A stretch of DNA of 64,000 nucleotides from Gemmatimonadota bacterium. GTDB taxonomy: Bacteria > Gemmatimonadota > Gemmatimonadetes > Gemmatimonadales > GWC2-71-9. The position numbers were made by a program, and so were the translations under genes. Below the pieces are notes generated by a model, which worked only from the letters and a program-made list of their open reading frames with translations, ran no database searches and was not told the origin of the DNA. Below are positions 56,858-64,000 of this stretch, in pieces (the first letter of the stretch is position 1; every line of letters starts with the position of its first letter). The stretch covers positions 39 to 64,038 of the forward strand of contig JBDHDH010000013.1 in NCBI GenBank assembly GCA_039591615.1, read 5' to 3'.

Positions 56858-57730
56858 TTACTGCGAGGACTGCCACCCCCGTCGGGTCCATACCACGATC
56901 GCGCCGCACTGTGTCTCGGTGCTCATGCCACCGAAGCGCGCGGGCACTTCCGAGCCTCGCCGGTATACCTCGACCGCCTCGACATCCTCCGGCATCACGA
57001 CGTCATCGAGCGCAATCTCGCGTCGCGTCGTCGGATCCCTTCCCGCCGCCTCGGAGCCGCGCTCCGGGTAACCCTGCACGTCCAATCCGTGCGGGCGCGC
57101 GTCGCCGCGGATCACCACGAGCCCATCGACGAACACACGCGGGTGGCATGGACCACCGCGCTGCTGAAGGGAGCCCCCGAACGAAATACCCGAGCGGTTC
57201 AGACCACTACTCGACGGTGCCGCGCGCGCCCCGGGGACGGTGAGTAGCAAATCGGTCATGCGTTCCGGCGACCGCCGTTCGATCTGCGGGCGCGTGATGA
57301 AGTGGCCGTAATCCACTTTCTGGCGCTCGTAGAACCCCACGCGCTGGAGGTAGGCTTGCTGGACGGCGGCCGGGGCCACCACCACGACGGGATCGAGCGG
57401 CACGGGAGTGGCCTGCAGATGGAAGGCGCTATCCCAGACCTCGTCGGCGGAGAGCTCGATGGGACCGTCGACCCACGCCCGGTACCCGAGGCGTCTCGCC
57501 TCGACGAGGTACATGCCAGGATTCGGTGCGTTGAGCTCATAGTGCCCGTCGGCGTCCGTCACGAAGGTCCGCAGACGCCCGCCCGTGCTGTCCATAAGCG
57601 TGATGACGCCGCCCTCGATCGGCTCGTCGGTGTCGAGGTCGAGGAGGCGACCGCGCAGCACTTGGGACTCGGCAGGTTGTACTGGCCCGAGCAGGAGCAC
57701 GGCTCCGATGACAATGGGCCAGACACGCAC
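56858..57730 (-). CDS. CarboxypepD_reg-like domain protein with TonB-receptor plug-like C-terminal half (no barrel)
   Basis: After a signal peptide comes LRGRLLDLDTDEPIEGGVITLMDSTGGRLRTFVTDADGHYEL (CarboxypepD_reg). This is followed by ITRPQIERRSPERMTDLLLTVPG (plug-like). Confidence 0.65.
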   Translation of the reverse strand: MRVWPIVIGAVLLLGPVQPAESQVLRGRLLDLDTDEPIEGGVITLMDSTGGRLRTFVTDADGHYELNAPNPGMYLVEARRLGYRAWVDGPIELSADEVWDSAFHLQATPVPLDPVVVVAPAAVQQAYLQRVGFYERQKVDYGHFITRPQIERRSPERMTDLLLTVPGARAAPSSSGLNRSGISFGGSLQQRGGPCHPRVFVDGLVVIRGDARPHGLDVQGYPERGSEAAGRDPTTRREIALDDVVMPEDVEAVEVYRRGSEVPARFGGMSTETQCGAIVVWTRRGWQSSQ

Positions 57731-57845
57731 CGTTCACCTCCTACTGTGAGGCGGTGGTCCACCTCATCCCTGCACCCGCAAGATATAATGCCCCGTCGGC
57801 ATCGGATTGATCCAGGGCCACGGGCTCGACCTTCTGAAGAATACA

Positions 57846-57877
57846 GCAGTGGGAGGTGCGCAAGCACCTCCCACTGC
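57846..57877 (-). terminator. perfect 14-bp GC-rich hairpin with tetraloop after the SusD-like gene (candidate intrinsic terminator)
   Basis: GCAGTGGGAGGTGC-gcaa-GCACCTCCCACTGC. On the - strand it is followed by TGTATTCTTC, and it lies 36 nt downstream of the SusD stop. Confidence 0.55.
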
Positions 57878-57912
57878 CTCACCTGCCCGATACTCCGTCC
57901 CAATACTCCCTA

Positions 57913-59313
57913 CTAGATACCCGGCGGCGTGAACGGATCGGCCGGCCTCTCGAGGTTGGGGTTGCCTTCATACTCTTCGATCGGCAACGGGAAGCACGTC
58001 CATGGGCCATAAACAGCCGGCGGGCGTTCGGGATTCGGGTGCGCGCCCGTGGGGAAGAAATCCCCCACGCCCTGCCGCGCCCAGCGCCGCAGGTCCCCGA
58101 GCCGCATCCCACCCATGTAGTGGTCACGCGCGCGCTGGCGCCGCAACTCGGTAAACAGGTCAGCGCCGGCGAAACTTGCCGGAGCCTCGTTGCCCACGGC
58201 ACGCCGGGCATTCACGAAGGCCAGGATCGGTCCTTCAGCGGCCCCACTCCGATACATCGCCTCGTACATGTGGTGCTGCGCCTCGACGTCGTCGGCAAGC
58301 ATGACATCTGTTGCCTGCTCGAACAGGATGACGTCAGTTCCTTCCACCGCACCACCCGCGATGGTCGCTCCGCTGTAGCCGCTGTACCGACGCCCCTGGA
58401 AGGGCTTGTACAGCTTGGTGGACCCGTCATGGCCCGTGCTGAAGTCGGACATGTGCTGAATCCGCGGGTCGGTCTGCCCGGCCACAAGCCCGTTATCCCC
58501 GTACGTGCCGTTCAGGAACGCCGGGTGCACCCCAATGGTGTGGTTCGAACCCGTGACCTCGTTGAACAGGTTGTTGTACAGATCCGTGTCCGCGTCGGAG
58601 TACTCCACCCAGTACACGAACCCGGCAGGTACGGCCTGCGCAAATGAGATTGCCTGGCCCCAATCCTCCAGACTCAAGTGCGCCCGTGCCATTCCGACAC
58701 GCGCCAGGTTGGCGATGTCGGTCTCGCCGGCGGCCGTCCCGACGTCTATCGCCCGCTGGAAATGCGGGATCGCCATCTGGAACACGTCGTTGGGGCTCCT
58801 CAGGTCCCCCGACAGGTTGTCCGGCGTGCTGAACACGGCATTACAGAAGTGCTCCCCAATGAACACGAAGCCATATCCCGTCAGCGCGGACGCGAGGGCC
58901 ACCCGGTCGTCTGATGCCGGGTCCGACGCCATGGATTCCAGCTGGTCCAATACCTGTTCCCCGAGGCGAACGATCTCGGACTGGTTCGACCAGATAAGGT
59001 CCACTGAACCTTCATTGTACTCCACGATGCGCTGGTTCTCCCGCTGCCAGTCTTCCCAGTTGAGGCCGGTGACCTCCTCGTCGGTCATGAATGTGCCACC
59101 CTGCACCACCCCCTCTTCGTCCCCAGCCATGTTCTCGGCGAAGCGGGCGATCAGACCCGCCAACTGCGCATCGAGCAGTGCCTCGTTGTCGAGATCGCCG
59201 ACCGGGATCTCCTCTGGGTTGCTCACGTCCAGAATTTCATTGCAGGCGGAGAGCGGCAGCAACAGCAACGCTGCGGCGAGTATCCCCGCCCACTTTGCGA
59301 GTCTCGTACGCAT
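57913..59313 (-). CDS. RagB/SusD-family outer-membrane nutrient-binding lipoprotein
   Basis: Lipobox LLLLPLSAC, TPR-like helical body, 466 aa. It sits immediately downstream of the SusC-like gene. Confidence 0.8.
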   Translation of the reverse strand: MRTRLAKWAGILAAALLLLPLSACNEILDVSNPEEIPVGDLDNEALLDAQLAGLIARFAENMAGDEEGVVQGGTFMTDEEVTGLNWEDWQRENQRIVEYNEGSVDLIWSNQSEIVRLGEQVLDQLESMASDPASDDRVALASALTGYGFVFIGEHFCNAVFSTPDNLSGDLRSPNDVFQMAIPHFQRAIDVGTAAGETDIANLARVGMARAHLSLEDWGQAISFAQAVPAGFVYWVEYSDADTDLYNNLFNEVTGSNHTIGVHPAFLNGTYGDNGLVAGQTDPRIQHMSDFSTGHDGSTKLYKPFQGRRYSGYSGATIAGGAVEGTDVILFEQATDVMLADDVEAQHHMYEAMYRSGAAEGPILAFVNARRAVGNEAPASFAGADLFTELRRQRARDHYMGGMRLGDLRRWARQGVGDFFPTGAHPNPERPPAVYGPWTCFPLPIEEYEGNPNLERPADPFTPPGI

Positions 59314-59327
59314 GATGCCCCCTCCTC

Positions 59328-62300
59328 CTAGAAGTTCACGCTGATGGACGCCGAGATCCGACGTGGCGGCGGCACCGACGCGTAATCCAAGGTCTCGAAG
59401 TTACTGTTCCTCCCGGATTCACCACCTCCTCTGGGTGCCCACAGCACCTCCGGATCGCCGGGCCCATCGTACTTCGTGGCGGTCCAGAGGTTGCGCGCCG
59501 CCAGGTTGATGGTCCACCTGCCTGCGCCGAACGGCCCGCCCCAACTCGCGGGAAGCGTGTAGCTGAGCGCCACCTCGCGGAGCTTCAGGAAGTCCGCCTG
59601 CTGGATGTACTCCACCGTCTGCCGGCTCTCCCAGTATGCGTCTGACGTGTCTGACCTCAGAGGATCGTTCCGCATCCACGTGTTCTCTTCGGAGCGGTTG
59701 TTGATCGAGCAGATCGCGCACAACTGGTAGTGGCCACCCTTGTAGTCCAGGTGCGCGAACACCCTGAGGTTGCCAAACAGCGTGAACGTGCTCGCGAGTC
59801 CCAGTTCCCGCGTCGGCGTCGGCGGCCCGACATACGCCTCCTCACAGCTGCCGCCGCGCCCGTCGGGGTCCTCGCTGTCGGGCCAGACGCACGTGTCCGT
59901 CAGATCGATGGGGAAGATGATGTTGCCGCTGGCGTCCCGGCGAGCATCCACGCTCCAGAATCCTCCGAGTGGATACCCCTCGCGGTGCCGCTGCGAGTTG
60001 GTGAAGGCTCCGAACTGCACCTCGTCCCGCGTTCCTCCGAACGACTCGAGCTCGTTCTTGTTTGTGGCGAACGTGAGCGTCATGTCCCAGGACAAGTTCG
60101 GACTGCGCACCGGGCTGATCGTAGCCAACATCTCGAAGCCCACGTTCTGCACCGTACCGATGTTCACGAGGTGTGTCCCGTTGAAGCCGGTCGACGGTGC
60201 GTCCGGGATGCTCATCAGCGCATCATTGGTGCGCTGATTGTAGTACGTCGCCTCGAGGCCGAGCAAACCGCCGAACAGCGACGCGTCGAACCCCGCCTCC
60301 CATTCCGAACCGGTCTCGGCCTTGAGATCGGGGTTTCCGAACTCGGACGTGACCAGCCCACCCGAGGCGTCTCCGTCAACCGTTGCCTTCTCCTGCTGGT
60401 AGGTCCGGTCGGCCGTGAACGGCGCGGGCGCGTTTCCTGCCTGCCCCCAGGCAAAGCGGAGTTTCAGGTCGTTCACGAACCCCAGGTTGAAGAAGTCCTC
60501 TTCAGAGATGATGTAGGAGAGGGAGAACTTGGGATAGGCGACCAACGAGAAGTCCGAGCCGAAGGCTGAATTGTCGTCGATGCGCAGGGCAACGGTCCCG
60601 TACAGTTTGTCCCGCCAGCCGATCTGCTCCTGCACGAAGAACCCGAGGGATGTCTGCTCCTCGAAGCCCTCGCTAGCCTCTGTGGTCGAGGCTGAACCGA
60701 CGAGGTTGATGTTGCTGGCCACGAGGCCAGTCCCCGTCGTCGTAAAGCGTCGGTACTGTCGGGAGTTCAGCTGCATGCCGCCCGAGAAGCGCGACGTGAG
60801 CGCGGGGGACAGGCGGAACCGGATCGATCCGCTGTAGTCTGCCGTCCACGTGTGAGTGAGCGGCAGGCGCTGGGTGATCTGCCCCCCGCACTCCGGCTCG
60901 CCCCACCAGCAGAGCGAATCGACCCGGTAGAACTCCGTCTCCCTCACGTCGTACTTGTCCAGCCCCACGACAAACCGGTTCTCGAACCACGGCCACGGAT
61001 TGAAATTCGCCGTCAGGCCGAGCGTCGTGCGCTCCTCCCGCATCTGGTAGTCATAGGAATTGGATTTGTCGGGACTCGCGCCGCGGAACCCAGGGGTCTC
61101 GTCGGAGTCGTCCCGAACCCGGGCGCGGGCCTCACCACGATAGGCATTGCGGAGCAGGCCACTCGAGGCGTTGTCGCTCAAGGGCAACGCCGCGTGGTAT
61201 CGGGTGTAACCCATGTTGAGCCCCAGACTCAATGTCCCGGTAGGCGTCCACTCGAAGTTGGCCCGCCCACCCGTGCGGTCTTGGAAATTGTTGAAGAAGA
61301 CGCCCTCTTCGTCCATCCGGTTGAACGACATGTAGTAGTTGAACAGTTGCCCGCCGCCGCGCGCGGACAACTTGACGTCGTACCCGTTGGCTTCCCGCAG
61401 TGCCCGCGGATGCCGCTGGAGGGGGTTGTCCGAGAGGACGAAGGAGCCGCCCCACGCGTCGTCGCGCAGAATGTCCTGCTCGGGGATCCCGGTCACGGGT
61501 CCGTCGGGTCCCTCCCAGACGACCGAGCTGGGGTCGACACAACCGGGGTAGGAGGAGGACGTCTGGCGGCTGGGCGTGCATTCCTTGTACGTGGTCGGGG
61601 TCTCCTTGACCCACTCCGACTGCGTCAGCTCGAAGCTGGCCGACCACTGCACGCGATCCGCTCCGCGCGTTCCCTTCTTCGTGATGATCTGGATCACGCC
61701 ACCGGCGGCATCGGCGCCGTAGAGCGTGGACGCCGCGGGACCCTTGATGACCTCGATCCGCTCGATGTCCGCCGGGTCGATGAACTCGAGCGGACTGCGG
61801 AACTGGACGGTGGCGTTGGAGAGGTTGTCGTTCAGTGGTGGACGGGGGTTCCCGTCGAACCGGATCCCGTCAATGTAGTAAACCGGGGCATACGACGCGT
61901 TGAGCGAACCCGCCCCTCTGATTTGCACGTTGGAGCTCGTACCCGTGAGCCCGGACCGCTTGTACATCGTGAGGCCCGGGGAACGGGCGTTCAGCAGCTC
62001 CTGGATGTTGGCGATGGGCGAGACTTCTGTGAGATCGGTGACATCGATGCTCGTCACCGCGTTCCCGATCTCGCGCCTTTCGGTGCGGCCGGCGGTGCCG
62101 GTGACGACGAGCGCATCGAGCTGGATCGCCGCCTGAGTGGCTGCGACGTCGAGGACCGTCTCTTGCCCGACCGTGACCGTGACGGGCTGCTCCATCCGCG
62201 AGTAGCCGATGAGCGTGAACTGGAGAGAGTACTGGCCGGCAGGAACCCCGCGCATCACGTAGACCCCGTCCGCGTTGGTCCGGGTCTCCTCCTGCACGAA

Positions 62301-62489
62301 GCCTTCGCTGACCAGGATCACACGGGCATTGGCGAGCCCGCGGAGCGTCGCCGCGTCCGTGACCGTGCCACGGACGGTCCCGCCAACTTGGGCCATCAGA
62401 GGCCCGGCGGCGCCAAGCCAGACGGCAAGCGCCGCGACGGCACCGAGCATCCGGAATCGCCCTTTAGATCGCCCTTTAGGTGGATACAT
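59328..62489 (-). CDS. SusC/RagA-family TonB-linked outer membrane transporter
   Basis: Start at ATG 62489 with an AGGAGG RBS. It begins with a signal peptide and a CarboxypepD_reg domain (VRGTVTDAATLRGLANARVILV). A plug follows (GAASTLYGADAAGGVIQIITKKG), then a ~22-strand barrel ending ...ISASISVNF. Confidence 0.9.
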   Translation of the reverse strand: MYPPKGRSKGRFRMLGAVAALAVWLGAAGPLMAQVGGTVRGTVTDAATLRGLANARVILVSEGFVQEETRTNADGVYVMRGVPAGQYSLQFTLIGYSRMEQPVTVTVGQETVLDVAATQAAIQLDALVVTGTAGRTERREIGNAVTSIDVTDLTEVSPIANIQELLNARSPGLTMYKRSGLTGTSSNVQIRGAGSLNASYAPVYYIDGIRFDGNPRPPLNDNLSNATVQFRSPLEFIDPADIERIEVIKGPAASTLYGADAAGGVIQIITKKGTRGADRVQWSASFELTQSEWVKETPTTYKECTPSRQTSSSYPGCVDPSSVVWEGPDGPVTGIPEQDILRDDAWGGSFVLSDNPLQRHPRALREANGYDVKLSARGGGQLFNYYMSFNRMDEEGVFFNNFQDRTGGRANFEWTPTGTLSLGLNMGYTRYHAALPLSDNASSGLLRNAYRGEARARVRDDSDETPGFRGASPDKSNSYDYQMREERTTLGLTANFNPWPWFENRFVVGLDKYDVRETEFYRVDSLCWWGEPECGGQITQRLPLTHTWTADYSGSIRFRLSPALTSRFSGGMQLNSRQYRRFTTTGTGLVASNINLVGSASTTEASEGFEEQTSLGFFVQEQIGWRDKLYGTVALRIDDNSAFGSDFSLVAYPKFSLSYIISEEDFFNLGFVNDLKLRFAWGQAGNAPAPFTADRTYQQEKATVDGDASGGLVTSEFGNPDLKAETGSEWEAGFDASLFGGLLGLEATYYNQRTNDALMSIPDAPSTGFNGTHLVNIGTVQNVGFEMLATISPVRSPNLSWDMTLTFATNKNELESFGGTRDEVQFGAFTNSQRHREGYPLGGFWSVDARRDASGNIIFPIDLTDTCVWPDSEDPDGRGGSCEEAYVGPPTPTRELGLASTFTLFGNLRVFAHLDYKGGHYQLCAICSINNRSEENTWMRNDPLRSDTSDAYWESRQTVEYIQQADFLKLREVALSYTLPASWGGPFGAGRWTINLAARNLWTATKYDGPGDPEVLWAPRGGGESGRNSNFETLDYASVPPPRRISASISVNF

Positions 62490-63047
62490 GTCCGCCTCCT
62501 GTGAGGGGTTGTAGCGGCATCGCCTACCACCGTGGCGGCTGCCGCTTTCCAAGAACATCCTCCCCGCTTGGGGAGCGACGTTTCAATCTGCCGTTCGGGC
62601 GCGTCCGTCCACGGCGCAACAGGCCGCCCACGGATGGCGAACGGATTCCGCTGCGAGCGAGAGCACAGGCCTCCCGCTGCTTTCTGTGCCGCCTCAGGAG
62701 TGCCCAGACGAATACACACCGCCTCGGCGACAGGGCTTGTTTCGTTTTTTTTGGAGATGGTGAGGAGCCGCGGCAGGCCGAGGGATTACCCCACCCTACA
62801 ACCACCCCGCTCGGTTCGAGGAGAGGGGTCCGAACCGCGTGCGCGCGTCTGAGACTGGAATGGCTGGTTGAATGCCGTAGACAAGACGCTACGCCCTGTG
62901 GAGGACGTCGGCCCACATTGCCGCTACGCTCCATCATCCGAACAAATCACGTCAGCCGGGGCACCTCCTTTCGGCACTGGAAGGCCTGCTCCGGACTCAC
63001 CCGCCGGTGGAACCGCAGTCCCAATACGGGGGTTTCGGGATGGATCC

Positions 63048-63078
63048 GTCCTTAAGTAGGTCCTTACTAGGTCCTTAC
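63048..63078. repeat. three phased copies of GTCCTTA (11-12 nt spacing), including an 11-bp direct duplication TAGGTCCTTAC x2
   Basis: gtcctta agtag gtccttac tag gtccttac, inside a locally AT-richer patch flanked by CTTAAG and GTTAAC. Confidence 0.8.
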
Positions 63079-63235
63079 TGGAGACAGTTAACATCAGGAG
63101 CCCGGCACGCGCAAGGCTCAGATCGCGTGTTTCAACTTGTACCGCACGGGCGCGACGACGAGGGCCAGCCGCTGTAGCCCGAAGACCCGGCCGCGGGGAA
63201 ACCGACCGTGAAAAGCACGAACGGATGCGCCCCGA

Positions 63236-63868
63236 TTGCCTCTCGCACGGCGCGACTACGTCGGCCCTGACAATGAAATCGACCAAGCGTCCACCAGGAC
63301 GCACGAGCAAGATCCCGAAGGAAAGGAAGGCAGGGGGGTCGGGGCCATCGGTTCGCTCGGGGAGCACCACGGGCCGGCAGCCCACTGGGAGATCTGGATG
63401 GCAGCGTCAGCGCTGGGACCTCTGGAGGCGCTGCGGGTCACCAGCGCACACGGCGCCCACTTCCTCGGCGTTGAGCAAGACCTCGGCACTCTGGAGGCAG
63501 GCAAGCTGGCCGACTTACTCGTCCTCAACGCGAACCCGTTGGACAACATCCGGAACACGATGGACATCCTGTACGTGATGAAGGGGAGACTCGTGTACGA
63601 GGCCGAGACTCTCGACGAGGTATGGCCAAGAAGGGGACGCTCACAACCCTCCTCCAGCGTCTCCCGTCGCGCCCTCCACCACAAAGCTTTCACCGCCCCC
63701 CAAACACCACCCTTCCTCCCACAAACACGGCACGGCCGCGCGACGGGAAGCCCACCACTTCCTGATAGTCCTCGTCGAACAGATTCTCGACGCGGCCCGT
63801 CACGGCGAATCCCGGTGCATGACCCCGCGGTCGGACAACGCTCAGCTCGCCTGCGAGACCCACGGTGA
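63236..63868 (+). pseudogene. C-terminal fragment of an amidohydrolase-family protein (only about the last 100 residues recognisable), apparently without its native stop
   Basis: HGPAAHWEIWMAASALGPLEALRVTSAHGAHFLGVEQDLGTLEAGKLADLLVLNANPLDNIRNTMDILYVMKGRLVYEAETLDEVWP matches the usual amidohydrolase C-terminus. There is no metal-binding N-terminal part upstream. The ORF then runs on antisense into the receptor gene. Confidence 0.45.
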
Positions 63869-64000
63869 CATAAGGCGGAAGCTCCACACGGGTTGCGGGA
63901 AACTCGGCGAAGTCGAGATCATCCCGGCCACCCACCACGTTCACGTCGACGCTGGCCGACCCGCGACTGCCAAAGCGATACGCAGCCGCCGCGTTGAGCG
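63690..64000 (-). CDS. TonB-dependent receptor, C-terminal end (gene continues beyond window end)
   Basis: The reverse frame is open to the window edge. ...LNAAAAYRFGSRGSASVDVNVVGG...VTGRVENLFDEDYQEVVGFPSRGRAVFVGGRVVF is the typical last set of barrel strands. Confidence 0.7.
   Translation of the reverse strand, partial: LNAAAAYRFGSRGSASVDVNVVGGRDDLDFAEFPATRVELPPYVTVGLAGELSVVRPRGHAPGFAVTGRVENLFDEDYQEVVGFPSRGRAVFVGGRVVFGGR

Noticed and set aside
62811-62841. GGTTCGA-containing stem-loop (CGGTTCG-aggagaggggtc-CGAACCG) considered as a tRNA T-arm or tRNA fragment.
   Set aside because: No acceptor, D or anticodon arms can be drawn around it. The loop is 12 nt, not the 7-nt T-loop.
62850-63010. 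TPP-like (CTGAGA ... AATGCC..TAG) and cobalamin-like (GGCACTGGAAGGC, AGCCGGGGCACCTCC) sequence snippets.
   Set aside because: The elements are in the wrong order or lack the obligatory partner helices (ACCC..GAACCTGA for TPP, CCCGCCACTG for B12). No thiamine or cobalamin gene lies downstream on that strand.

Overview
GC-rich bacterial chromosomal window with about 55 protein-coding genes, mostly tightly packed. By eye I found no rRNA, tRNA, CRISPR array, transposase or integrase. The gene content (SusC/SusD pair, CarboxypepD_reg-plug protein, many secreted peptidases and lipoproteins, amidohydrolase and TonB-receptor remnants) resembles Gemmatimonadota- or Acidobacteriota-like genomes, but this is an impression, not a result.

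Main blocks:
- 1-326: partial cytochrome oxidase subunit II-like gene.
- 616-12581: a same-strand, operon-like cluster. It encodes a TetR regulator, three ring-processing-type enzymes (Oah/BamA-like crotonase, SDR, Dch-like crotonase), a four-subunit ATP-dependent benzoyl-CoA-reductase-like enzyme with two different BcrA/D-type ATPases, an orphan 123-aa protein, a Zn-ADH (Had-like), a hemerythrin-like protein and FadE.
- 12625-19894: TetR-TolC-HlyD-2xABC ATPase-2xABC-2 permease efflux operon.
- 20420-25874: beta-PGM/trehalose-phosphatase fusion, a GH65 phosphorylase and an AidB-like dehydrogenase.
- 26570-27964: ECF sigma / membrane anti-sigma-like / LTXXQ (CpxP-like) module.
- 28107-51870: assorted housekeeping and accessory genes, including 5'-3' exonuclease, PLP decarboxylase, rhodanese, ParB-like protein, adenosine deaminase, ClC channel, NUDIX, YegP, DUF1028, methyltransferase, M20 peptidase, PBP1, GGDEF cyclase, SH3 lipoprotein and a TPR protein.
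- 52001-62489: S9 peptidase, DUF1111 di-haem protein and a SusC/SusD locus with three small secreted proteins.
- 62490-64000: a long non-coding leader, an amidohydrolase fragment and the 3' end of a TonB-dependent receptor.

Most notable observations:
- The benzoyl-CoA-reductase-like cluster has no ferredoxin and no CoA ligase. It carries an orphan in-operon protein and a zinc-ribbon-tailed ring hydrolase candidate.
- A family of 7-nt (and 14-nt) tandem repeat tracts sits immediately 3' of + strand stop codons. This resembles cyanobacterial STRR elements.

All functional calls rest on motif and family recognition by eye. No database search was run.
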